Under the pieces are notes generated by a model. That model was not told the origin of the DNA. It saw nothing but the letters and a program-made list of their open reading frames with translations, and ran no database searches. Below, one piece after another: positions 47,801-57,878 of a DNA stretch of 64,000 bases. The DNA is taken from IMG/VR virus record IMGVR_UViG_3300014047_000001, positions 1 through 64,000 of that record; one strand, 5' to 3'. The stretch's first letter is position 1. Every line of letters starts with the position of its first letter. Position numbers and translations under genes: made by a program. The stretch comes from a virus. Its lineage: Duplodnaviria > Heunggongvirae > Uroviricota > Caudoviricetes.

Positions 47801-47975
47801 ACTTAAAGAATGCCATACATTCTGTATCTGAATAACGTTTACCATTAACGAGATCTCTAGAATGATGTCCAAATCCAACAGTTGGATATGATTCGCCATC
47901 TAATATATATGCAACATTAGAATAACCTTCTGCAGTTTTTAAAAAATTAAACCCGTTTTGACTTATCTATGCCAT
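44895..47975 (-). CDS. virion-associated dual-domain lysin: N-terminal GH24 (T4-lysozyme-like) plus C-terminal M15 peptidase (1026 aa)
   Basis: Track ORFs 44895..45470, 45594..46082, 46116..46409, 46410..46859 and 46893..47087 share one frame and are joined by TAG. Manual translation of 47088..47975 is open apart from TAGs. The N-terminus TAEGYSNVAYILDGESYPTVGFGHH matches the T4 lysozyme EG...TIGIGH motif. The C-terminus SRHLYGEAID...HIH is M15/VanY-like. Confidence 0.6.
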
Positions 47976-48011
47976 TTTGAATTATAATAGATTTATATAA
48001 TATATATACAA

Positions 48012-48050
48012 TAAAAAATGTGCTATCAAAATTGGTAGCACATATTTTCT
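48012..48050. terminator. terminator hairpin (AAAAATGTGCTAYCA core), copy 1
   Basis: ATGTGCTATC-AAAATT-GGTAGCACAT flanked by A- and T-runs. It lies 3' of the LRR gene. Confidence 0.45.
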
Positions 48051-48122
48051 TATATAATTTAGTATTTAAATTGTTATTAATAAGTAACAGCCCGGATAGA
48101 TAATTCATAATATTTTAATTTA

Positions 48123-51100
48123 TTATTGTTCTACTTTAGTCCAATTATAACTACCTAAATAATAACTATCTGTACTCATCCATGTATCATAACCAGTACT
48201 ACCAGCAGGTACTGTTAATGTGCCACCTCGCTTTACACTGTTAAATGTACGCTTTACTATTGTAGGTGCTGTCATCGCATTAGATACTATATTTGTTAAA
48301 CCGCTACAATCATTGAAAGCATAATTACCAATACTTGTAACACTATTTGGAATTGTTACACTTGTTAAACCGCTACAGTTACTGAAAGCCCAACCACCAA
48401 TGTTTGTAACACTATCCGGTATGACTATACTTGTTAAACTACTACAACTACCGAAAGCACTACTACCAATACTTGTAACATCGCTTGGTATAACCGTATT
48501 TTTGCAACCACTAATAAGAGTATTTGTTGCAGTCTCAATAATTGCATTACAGTTATTACGTGAGTCATATACTGTATTATTGCTATCAACGGTAATACTT
48601 GTAAGACTACTACATCCCATGAAAGCACTACTGCCAATACTTGTAATACCACTACCAATGATTACATTTGTTAAACCATCACACCATTCCAAAGCATAAT
48701 TACCAATACTTGTAACACTATTTGGTATATTTATGCTTGTAAGACCACTACATCCTTGGAAAGCACTTTCACCAATGCTTGTAACTCCACTACCAATAGT
48801 TACACTTGTTAAACCGCTACAGTTATTGAAAGCTTTATTATCAATGTTTGTAACACTATCCGGTATGACTATACTTGTTAAACTATTACAACCATAGAAA
48901 GCCTCATTACCAATTGATGTTACTGAATCTGGTATAATTACATTCGTAAGTCCTGTACAATAACTGAATGCATTGTTACCAATTGATGTGATACCTTCAG
49001 GTAATGTAAATAAAACAGTATGTTCACCTGTTGAATTAAATGTATAGTATTTTTCAACTTTTTTTTCCTCGCCATCCACTTTCATTGAACTAAAATTATT
49101 AGTACTATCTAATAATGTTGTTGGGTGGCTTGTATCAGCAACATTATATTTGCACAATACTTGGTTTTCTTCTAATATTGTCCAATTATACTTACCTAAA
49201 TAATAATCGTCGGTTCCCATCCAAACATCATATCCAGTAGAACCTGCTGGTACAGTTAATATACCATCTGACTTAATACTTTGGAATGTCCAATCTTGTA
49301 TAGTTGGAGCAGTAGTTGCATTACATGTTATATTCATAAGACCTGAACAATTATAGAATGCGGTATCACCTATAGATGTTACTGAATCGGGTATAGTTAT
49401 GCTTGTAAGTTCAGAACAATTTTGGAATGCAGCGCTACTTATTGATGTCACAGAGTTGCCTATAATTACACTTGTAAGTCCTCTACAACCAGAGAATGCA
49501 GCACTACTTATTGATGTCACAGAGTTGCCTATAATTACACTTGTAAGTTCAGAACACTCATAGAATGCAGCACTACTTATTGATGTTATAGAATCGGGTA
49601 TAATTATGCTTGTAAGTCCTGAATCAGAGAATGTATATTCACCTATTGATGTTACTGAATCGGGTATAGTTATGCTTGTAAGCCCTGAACAACCAGAGAA
49701 TGCATAATCACCTATTGATGTGACTGAATCAGGTATAGTTATGCTTGTAAGCCCTGAACAATAAGCAAATGCATGATTACCAATTGATGTCACTGAATTA
49801 CCTAATGTCACACTTGTAAGTGCAGAACAATTATTGAATGCATATTCACCTATTGATGTGACGCCATCTGCTAATGTAAATAAAACAGTATGTTCACCTG
49901 TTGTACTAAATGTATATGAATTTGCAATTTCAAGTTGTTTAACTCCATCTATTGACATAGAACTAAAATTATTAGTAGTACTATTTAATAATGTTGTTGG
50001 ATTTGCTATAGAAGTAACATTATATTTGCATAATACTTGGTTTTCTTCTAATATTGTCCAGTTATACTTACCTAAATAATAATCGTCGGTTCCCATCCAA
50101 ACATCATATCCTATAGAACCTGCTGGTACAGTTAATATACCGCCTGCCTTAATATGGTAGAATGTATTAGATGATATAGTTGGTGCGGTAGTTGCATTAC
50201 ATATTATACTTGTAAGTCCAGTACAATAAGCAAATGCGCTTCCATCTATAGATGTTACAGAATTACCTATTGTTACGCTTGCAAGTGCTGAACAACAAGC
50301 GAATGCACCTAAACCTATTGATGTTACAGAATTACCTATTGTCACACTTGTAAGTCCAGTACAATTAGCGAATATACTTGCACTAATTGATGTTACAGAA
50401 TTACCTATTGTCACACTTGTAAGTCCAGAACAACCCATGAATGCACCTCCACCTATTGATGTTACAAAATTAGGTATAATTACACTTGTAAGTCCCGAAC
50501 AACCAGAGAAAGCATTATCACCTATAGATGTTACAGAATTAGGTATAATTACGCTTGTAAGTCCTGAACAATTTTTGAATGCATTGTTACCTATAGATGT
50601 GACAGAATTACCTATTGTTACACTTGTAAGTCCAGAACAACCCATAAATGCACCTCCACCTATTGATGTGACTGAATTTGGTATAATTATACTTGTAAGT
50701 CCTGAACAACTATTGAATGCAGCTCCATCAATTGATGTTACAGAATCTGGTATAGTTACGCTTGTAAGAACAGAACAATTTTGGAAAGCACCAGAACCTA
50801 TTGATGTCACTGAATTTGATATGATTATGTTCGTAAGTCCAGAACAATTGACGAATGTGCCTGGTTCAATTGATGTGACAGAGTTACCTATAATTACACT
50901 TGTAAGTTTAGAACAATCTTGGAATGCACTTGTACCCATTGATGTTATACCATCTGCTAATGTAAATAAAACAGTATGCTCACCAGTTGTATCAAATGTA
51001 TATGAATTTGCAACTTCTTTTTCTTCTCCATCAATCTCCATTGACTTGAATATATTCTGCCCATAGCTTGTTCTTAATGTTGTTGGTATGCCTGTAGAAG

Positions 51101-51944
51101 TAACATTATATTTGCATAATACTTGATTTCCTTCTAATATTGTCATTGTCCAGTTATACTTACCTAAGTTTTCTGAGTAATAATCATCTTTTCCCACCCA
51201 AATATCATAACCCGTAGAACCTGCCGGTACTATTAATGTACCTCCAGACTTAATACCTTGGAATGTATTTGGATATATTGATGGAGCAGTTATCACATTA
51301 CATATTATATTCGCAAGTGCAGAGCAATTATTGAATGCACCATAACTAATATCTGAGATTGAATTACCTATTGTTACATTTATAAGTCCAGAACAATCAG
51401 CAAATGCACCTGCACTAATTGATGTTACTGAATCTGGTATAGTTATGCTTGTAAGTCCAGAACAATATTGGAATGCGGCAGAATTAATATATATTACAGA
51501 ATCTGGTATAGTTATACTTGTAAGAGCAGAACAACCAGAGAATGCACCTGGACCAATTGAGGTAACTGAGTTGCCTATAATTACGTTTGCAAGTGCAGAA
51601 CAATTTTCGAATGCTCCTGTATCTATTGATGTTACACCATCTGCTAATGTAAATAAAACGGTATGTTCACCAGTTGTATTAAATATATATGATTTTGTAA
51701 CTTCTTTTTCTTCATCATCCACTATCATTGAACTAAAATTATTAGAACTATTAAATAATGCTGTTGAAGTATTAATATCAGTAACATTATATTTGCACAA
51801 TATTTTAGATCCGGTAAAAGGATTAAAATAAGGTTTATTCTAATCTTCACATAAAGATACATTGGGTAAAATAAATTTTGATATATCAGATGCATAAGCT
51901 TGATATTCCTATACAGTATTAAATAATTTTATGTATCTCCCCAT
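48123..51944 (-). CDS. BspA-type leucine-rich-repeat (LRR_5) surface/receptor-binding-like protein (1274 aa)
   Basis: The 1225-aa track ORF has no internal TAG. An upstream in-frame ATG at 51942-51944 is reached across two TAGs. About 22-aa repeats (F..C..L.S(V/I)TIP.SVTSIG..AF) are organised in four modules of about 300 aa, each opening with NQVLCKYNVTS...TTGEHTVLFTL. The gene ends at TAA. Confidence 0.65.
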
Positions 51945-51974
51945 TTTACTAATTAATTATTTATTATATTTATT

Positions 51975-52026
51975 TAATATTATATATAAAATAAAAATGT
52001 GCTACCATTAAAGAATGGTGCACATC
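51975..52026. terminator. terminator hairpin (AAAAATGTGCTAYCA core), copy 2
   Basis: ATGTGCTACCATT-AAAG-AATGGTGCACAT, with a T-run on the minus strand. It lies 3' of the minus-strand lipoprotein gene and 5' of the LRR gene. Confidence 0.45.
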
Positions 52027-52066
52027 ATCGGCATTTATTAAAATAGTTTTTGTGTAATCTTGCTAA

Positions 52067-52252
52067 TTACTCAGCTACGACTGTATCAACTGCTGCTGTG
52101 TCAGCAACTACAGAATCTACTGCAGCTGAGTCAACGACAGTAGTATCTACTGCAGTACTATCTGCATCAGCAGCACCAGCAACGCTGTTACCGCAACCTA
52201 CGAATGCACTTACTGCAACAAATAATGCCATTGTGTAAAAAAGCTTCTTCAT
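52067..52252 (-). CDS. small repeat lipoprotein
   Basis: Signal peptide with a lipobox (AFVGC), followed by four copies of a 7-aa (A/T)AVD(S/T)(V/T)V repeat. Confidence 0.4.
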   Translation of the reverse strand: MKKLFYTMALFVAVSAFVGCGNSVAGAADADSTAVDTTVVDSAAVDSVVADTAAVDTVVAE

Positions 52253-52267
52253 AATTTTTTAATTTAA

Positions 52268-53452
52268 TTAATTTTTGTTATTATTTATTTTTATATCTGA
52301 CATAAGATTTAATAAATCCATTTCAAAGTCAGAATCTAATATTATATCATCTTTTATAATTTTGTCTATACTTTCAGAAGTATTTTCATTATTTTCTTTT
52401 GATTTTCCTATTCCATATATTATATCATAATATATTTCATACATCTTCTTTAGCATCCTTGCTAAAATTCTTTTATAATGTGTTCCTAACTTTGATAAAA
52501 GTTTCAAACCATCACCTTGCACATTTATATGTATATTCCGTGTTTTAAAAAGTTTTATAAATACCTCTCTATTTTTTAAAATAATGTCATCTAATAGATC
52601 TAGATCAATTTTATTTATATTATTCCAGAAAATATATAATGCTCTATAAATTCTAAATATACTTATATCATAATATGTAAATGATAAAATATTCTATACA
52701 TTTGCTGCCCATTGGTCAGATCTGGTAAGTTTATTATAATCTTTTTTTAATAGATTTGTTTTTTCAAATGCATCTATAATTTCATCTATATGGCTTTGTG
52801 CTAACATTTTTAATGAAACCGCATACTCCTATAAAAATGCTTGTACTTCTCCCGGATTAATATAATATATAGATTTAAATATAGTAGATGTAATATATTC
52901 TTCATCTGTATATATTTTCTAATTCACTTCTAAATAATCATGACTCCAATTTGCAATAAGTGGACATTTGTTAGCATATTGTATACCCAATTTATATAAA
53001 TCATTATCAATATCATATAAACCGGTATTTGTTGTTTTCTTTATATAATCTGTATAAGCATGACGGAATTCATGGGTGAGCTCTTTAAAAAATTGCTCAT
53101 ATGATTTTCCTGAATGATCAACAATAGCAATAGTAAAATCTAATTTATTATTATTTAATACTGCATCATGTTTATAACATGCAGAATATATTTGATTATT
53201 ATACTCTTCTATTTCTATATAGAAATTGCCTATCCAATTAGGAATAATAGAATTATCAAATAATTGGTTATTTTTATATTTCCAATAGCTTTTGAGTATA
53301 GACATAGTAATAATAGGCTATTCAGACGGATTTAAATCTATATAATTATTTAATCCGTCTTCTGCATCATATATATAGTCTGCAATAAGTTTTACTAATT
53401 TATCTGTTATTTTTAACTAATCTGTTAAAATGCCATGAGATTCATTTATCAT
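52268..53452 (-). CDS. HExxH zinc-metallopeptidase-like protein (394 aa)
   Basis: Track ORFs 52268..52522 and 52919..53305 share a frame, joined through several TAGs. It is extended to an ATG near 53452 across two more TAGs. HEFRH motif present. Confidence 0.5.
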
Positions 53453-53589
53453 TATAAATGAAATTTATTTTTATTATTTATTTACTGGATACAATAACAC
53501 AAATATTTTATCAATTATCAGCAAAGTTGTTTTTATTTTTGATAAATAAAAAGATAAATAATTTATAAAAATATATTTTTTAAAAGAAT

Positions 53590-54192
53590 ATGGCAGATAC
53601 AACTAGTAATGGTTTAATGAGATTACCACACTTTACAAGTTCTAAAGTCAGCATGGACAAAGACGAACCTATATACACTAACCTGTTCACTATCACGTTA
53701 GTCCCACCAGCATCTATTGCAAATGAAAATGATTAGGATACGTTGGTAGTTCTTGAAGGTATCAAGAGTATATCTGGTTTGAATACACAGCCAGGTAATG
53801 GTACAGTATCTCAGAAGTATAAGTTTGCTGAGCGTATGTTCGCAGGTCCAGCACCATCTCAGACACACTTGACATTGAATATAGCATTCCAGCTTAATGT
53901 CCGTCCTGGTGTTGCATCTGATGAAAACTATACTTATAAGTTCTTGCGTAAGTGGCATGACCTTGTATATGATCCATTGACAGGTCGTATGGGTATCAAG
54001 CAAGAATATGCTGCATCTAGTATGACAATTACAATGCAAGATCGTAGGGGTGTTCCATATTGGCAGTGGATTTGTTATAACGTTTGGCCTTCTGGTCAGC
54101 TTAATGGTCCAGATCTTTCATATGACGGTGGGCAGATTATGGAAGCACAGTGTCAGTTTGAGGCAGACTACTTCGATGAATCAATTCTTTAA
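53590..54192 (+). CDS. tail tube protein (T4 gp19 family)
   Basis: ATG at 53590 is in frame with track ORF 53743..54192, across one TAG. The NLFTITL motif corresponds to gp19 NLFQVEI. GC content is higher here. Confidence 0.6.
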
Positions 54193-54204
54193 TCTCATAG
54201 AAAT

Positions 54205-54245
54205 AAAAAAGGAAGAACTTAAATGTTCTTCCTTTTGTTTTTATA
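54205..54245 (+). terminator. rho-independent terminator
   Basis: AAGGAAGAAC-TTAAAT-GTTCTTCCTT followed by TTGTTTTT. Confidence 0.55.
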
Positions 54246-54258
54246 TTATTTTACTTAT

Positions 54259-54513
54259 TTAAAATAGAGTAATTGCTCCAAAGAATACAATAGATGAAAT
54301 TATAATATATTTTATAATTTCTTTTATTGATGCAGTTTCTCTATTTTCATCAAACAATTTCATTTCTTTCCTTGCAGGATTATCTTTGAAATGAAAATCC
54401 CAATCGGTGAAATTACTTTTTGTTGGATTCATTGCAAACACTTTTTCCCAAGGTGTATTTGCATTTACATTACTTGTTATCTGTACAGGATAACCATTAG
54501 AATAATCTATCAT
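54259..54513 (-). CDS. tail-anchored small membrane protein
   Basis: 84-aa ORF with a C-terminal transmembrane segment. It overlaps the stop of the HD gene. Confidence 0.4.
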   Translation of the reverse strand: MIDYSNGYPVQITSNVNANTPWEKVFAMNPTKSNFTDWDFHFKDNPARKEMKLFDENRETASIKEIIKYIIISSIVFFGAITLF

Positions 54514-55169
54514 ACAATCTCATTTGTTTTTAAATCATACTCAGTTTCCATCAAGAATGATGCAAAGCAATCTGCTTGTGCAATAACCATTACAAGAGGT
54601 ACATCATTAATAGCCTTCATAAAAGCAGGTTTTTCATAGAATGAAAGGAATGTGCCAGGATCTGTAAATCCCATATGCCATCTGATTGCAAGAATTTCTT
54701 CACCCGTTAAACGAATAAATTGCTGTGCAATCAATACAGACTTTTCTCCATGTCCCAATGGAAATGTATCATTAATATCATATGCGATATATTTCTTCCA
54801 TTGATTACCATATGGTGCATTTTCATCCTTCCATGTTTTTATAGCAGGTACATAATAATTAATCTTACACAAATCATGAAGCAATGCAGCAACTATAAGA
54901 GTTTCATCACTAATAGAATCAATATTCTTTTCTGGTAAAGCAATATCCTTCATATTGTCTCTAATCTTTACTGCAGCTTTATATACATTCAATGAATGTG
55001 CAAGTAATCCGCCCTTACAATTATTATGATACTTAGTAGAAGATGGTGCTTCATAAAAATCACATTTATCTAGCCATTCTATTAAGTTCTCAATACCTGG
55101 TCGTTGAACAGAAGACAAAAGCTGTTTATACACTGCCTTCATTTCTTCTAATTGTAAATTTGTAAACAT
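54510..55169 (-). CDS. HD-domain phosphohydrolase
   Basis: H...HD motif (LLHDLCK) plus downstream His and Asp residues typical of the HD superfamily. Confidence 0.65.
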   Translation of the reverse strand: MFTNLQLEEMKAVYKQLLSSVQRPGIENLIEWLDKCDFYEAPSSTKYHNNCKGGLLAHSLNVYKAAVKIRDNMKDIALPEKNIDSISDETLIVAALLHDLCKINYYVPAIKTWKDENAPYGNQWKKYIAYDINDTFPLGHGEKSVLIAQQFIRLTGEEILAIRWHMGFTDPGTFLSFYEKPAFMKAINDVPLVMVIAQADCFASFLMETEYDLKTNEIV

Positions 55170-55184
55170 ATCTAAATTAATAAT

Positions 55185-55535
55185 TTATTCTAAATTAACT
55201 AATAAACTTCCTACTTGATCACATTTATTAGGTTCTTCTAATATCTTTTCTTTTGTTAACCTGTATAATTCTGGTCGATTTTTTAAATCCTTCTTTGGTA
55301 TATTTGTTGCCATTAATAAGCAAAGTAAAACATGCAAGTCTAGCTCTTTTGCTTCTGACATAATAGACAGCAAAAATTTATCTATTGCTTTTATACTTTT
55401 CCATTCAAACATAAAAGACTTATATATATGATACATTACTTCATTAATAATGTTTAAGTCTGAAAGTTTTTCATCAGACAATACATAATATCTTAATGCT
55501 TCTGGTGTATATACTTTATTTGATTCCTTTATCAT
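55185..55535 (-). CDS. hypothetical protein
   Basis: 116-aa ORF ending at TAA. Confidence 0.45.
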   Translation of the reverse strand: MIKESNKVYTPEALRYYVLSDEKLSDLNIINEVMYHIYKSFMFEWKSIKAIDKFLLSIMSEAKELDLHVLLCLLMATNIPKKDLKNRPELYRLTKEKILEEPNKCDQVGSLLVNLE

Positions 55536-55929
55536 TATTCTTAAATATAGAAAATTTTATACCATCAATAGGATCAAAATATACAGTGAATTGCATTTTC
55601 TCTAAAAATTTCTTATATCTATATCCCCATTCATTTTCTCTGCGTATATCATCTTCTACCAATTTAACTCTAAATTCATATGTGCCGGGAGTATAAGAAA
55701 TTATATTAAGCTCATCCTTATCTTTTCCTACAAGCTTGATAATTATTTTATTTGTTGTTTTATCATATTTTACTGAGCCTTTTTGATATTCGATTCTGCA
55801 TAACAAAGTAAAAACAAGATCTTCAAATTGCTTAAAATCTTGTTTTGACAGCATTTCATCTATATCATTATCTTCCCAAGATATTAAAAGATTTACTGCC
55901 CTTGCAAAATCTGGTTCAATAAATTTCAT
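55516..55929 (-). CDS. hypothetical protein
   Basis: 137-aa ORF. Confidence 0.45.
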   Translation of the reverse strand: MKFIEPDFARAVNLLISWEDNDIDEMLSKQDFKQFEDLVFTLLCRIEYQKGSVKYDKTTNKIIIKLVGKDKDELNIISYTPGTYEFRVKLVEDDIRRENEWGYRYKKFLEKMQFTVYFDPIDGIKFSIFKNNDKGIK

Positions 55930-56240
55930 TTTATTTCGTTGTTTATGAACATTTTATTAAATGTATACTTATCATCCTTTAATTTGTTATAATAACTATC
56001 TGCTTCTGGATGCTCTGTTGTTCGTTGAATAGAATTCAATAAAGTATCAATAGCTTGGTTCTTTGTTATACGAGCAAGTTTCAAAAGATGATTAAAGAAT
56101 GCATATGATGATTCATCCTCAAACGGATTATTAGAATGCAGAGCTGTATGTGTATCAGCATAATCCTTTAATACCTATGCCATAAAAGACAAATAAAAAG
56201 GATTATTTGTATCCAATAATAGATTTTGCATATTTTCCAT
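55928..56240 (-). CDS. hypothetical protein with one TAG
   Basis: About 104-aa ORF (MENMQNLLLD...) hidden from the track by a TAG. Its TGA overlaps the ATG of 55516..55929. Coordinates are approximate. Confidence 0.3.
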
Positions 56241-56348
56241 TATTATAATAGATGTTTCTGATTATAGCATTTTATAGAAAAAAGTCTGATTATAAAAACT
56301 TTATTTTTATTTCTTATATATTATATTAGTAACAAATTTGAAAAGTAT

Positions 56349-57239
56349 ATGATTAATCAAGTAGATTTAAGAGCATATAAGAGTGTAAAATATGTAGGCG
56401 ATATACATGGCTTATTTAAAACACTTGTATTCGATGCTATAGACCGTAGAAAATATAAGGATTGCCTTATAATTGTCTGCGGTGATATTGGTTTTGGGTT
56501 TGTTTCTTTCAAGAAAGAAAAAGAGAATTTGATATATCTTGAAAGAGATTTAGCAAAAAATAACATTTGTTTAGCATTATTTAGAGGCAATCATGATGCA
56601 CCAGATGTTTTCAAAGTAGATAATCCTTGGAGATTGTCTATTGAGGAGATATGTCCGCATATTAAGATTATTCCTGATTACTCCATTCTTAATACTGTTG
56701 ATGGTAATATTTTGGTAGTTGGTGGAGCACGTTCTATTGACAAGGCAAATCGTATTCCAGATTATAGCTGGTGGGCAGATGAAATGGTACAACCAGTACC
56801 AGAGAATTTTTATCAGGAGTTGAATGATAACAATATTAAGATTAATGTTGTTTGTACACATACATCTCCTATATTCTGTAAGCCTTTTAATCCTTCTAAA
56901 GATGATCAGGGATATTTTGTAGAGCAGTGGTCAAAGTATGATGATACATTAAAAGAAGATAATTGGGTAGAGCGTTGTGCATTGAAAATTATGTATCAAG
57001 ATTTAGTGAATAATGGACATCCTATTACTTACTGGATTTATGGTCATTTCCATGATCATTTTGAATTGGAATATGAAGGCAGAAAATTCATAGGCCTTGA
57101 TATGTGTTACCAGAATAAGCGGAGAGTTGATGTAGAGGATCCAAGTACCTATGAAGTAGTTGAAACTTATTATAAAGTATTAGATGATTGGTATTGGCTT
57201 TCTGAAAAAGGAAAAATTGGCAATAGAGTAGAGAAATGA
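56349..57239 (+). CDS. calcineurin-like metallophosphoesterase
   Basis: GDIHG, GDxGxG and GNHD motifs are present. Confidence 0.65.
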   Translation: MINQVDLRAYKSVKYVGDIHGLFKTLVFDAIDRRKYKDCLIIVCGDIGFGFVSFKKEKENLIYLERDLAKNNICLALFRGNHDAPDVFKVDNPWRLSIEEICPHIKIIPDYSILNTVDGNILVVGGARSIDKANRIPDYSWWADEMVQPVPENFYQELNDNNIKINVVCTHTSPIFCKPFNPSKDDQGYFVEQWSKYDDTLKEDNWVERCALKIMYQDLVNNGHPITYWIYGHFHDHFELEYEGRKFIGLDMCYQNKRRVDVEDPSTYEVVETYYKVLDDWYWLSEKGKIGNRVEK

Positions 57240-57391
57240 CATTACATGATTTAGATGAGATAAAAGATTATATAAAAAAGAATCTGAAAATAGAGCATAG
57301 ACAATTAAAGATGGGTTCTACTAATACAGTAGAAATTATTCTTAAATTGGATAATCAAGAAATAAGTACAACCAAATTTTCAATAGTTTAA
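57236..57391 (+). CDS. small hypothetical protein
   Basis: 51-aa ORF in ATGA overlap with the previous gene, below the track cut-off. Confidence 0.3.
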   Translation: MTLHDLDEIKDYIKKNLKIEHRQLKMGSTNTVEIILKLDNQEISTTKFSIV

Positions 57392-57392
57392 T

Positions 57393-57878
57393 ATGGAAAA
57401 ATTAGAAAAGATAGGTTTTTATCCTGGTAGTTTTGATCCTTTTCATGAAGGTCATAGCTATATTGTAAATATGGCATTAGATATTTTTGATAAAGTAATT
57501 ATATGTATTGCTATTAATTCTGACAAGACTCCATTCTTTCCTTATAAGCAAAGAGAAGATATTATTAAGGAAATATACAAGGATAATGATCGTGTGGAAG
57601 TAGTATTATGTGATGGGCTAGTTGCTATGAAAGCAGCAGAACTTAATGCTTCTGCAATTATTAAAGGAGTAAGAGATGAAAAAGATTTTGGATATGAAAT
57701 GAAACAAGCAGATTGTAATATGTTTATTAATCATATTCCTACTGTTTTTATTCCAAGCAGTCCAAACCTTTCATTTATAAGCAGTACATTAATTCGTGCA
57801 ATTATTACTGGAGTAAAGGATAAAAAGAAAATTCATGATATGCTTTTGGGCATAGTTAATAGAAAGTTTTATGAGTAA
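57393..57878 (+). CDS. cytidylyltransferase-fold nucleotidyltransferase (PPAT/NMNAT-like, HxGH)
   Basis: N-terminal GFYPGSFDPFHEGH is a CoaD-like YPGSFDP motif with the PFHxGH of NadM-type NMN adenylyltransferases. Confidence 0.6.
   Translation: MEKLEKIGFYPGSFDPFHEGHSYIVNMALDIFDKVIICIAINSDKTPFFPYKQREDIIKEIYKDNDRVEVVLCDGLVAMKAAELNASAIIKGVRDEKDFGYEMKQADCNMFINHIPTVFIPSSPNLSFISSTLIRAIITGVKDKKKIHDMLLGIVNRKFYE

Noticed and set aside
48400-51831. Plus-strand track ORFs 48400..48699, 49834..50079, 50437..51066 and 51445..51831, and minus ORF 48434..48658, inside the LRR gene
   Set aside because: They are antisense or alternate-frame shadows of the repetitive LRR gene. Their translations are low-complexity repeat artefacts (PIDVTELGIITLVSPEQ...).
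48123-51944. Diversity-generating retroelement targeting the repeat protein
   Set aside because: No reverse transcriptase or template repeat is found in the window. The repeats are whole-module duplications, not a variable-repeat/template-repeat pair.
53698-54938. ORFs 53698..54039, 54050..54262, 54391..54639, 54720..54938, 56357..56590, 56577..56861, 59022..59207, 59689..59877, 60089..60289 and 60177..60383
   Set aside because: They are antisense or alternate-frame ORFs within the tail tube, HD, metallophosphatase, 58814..59959 and 59983..61020 genes.
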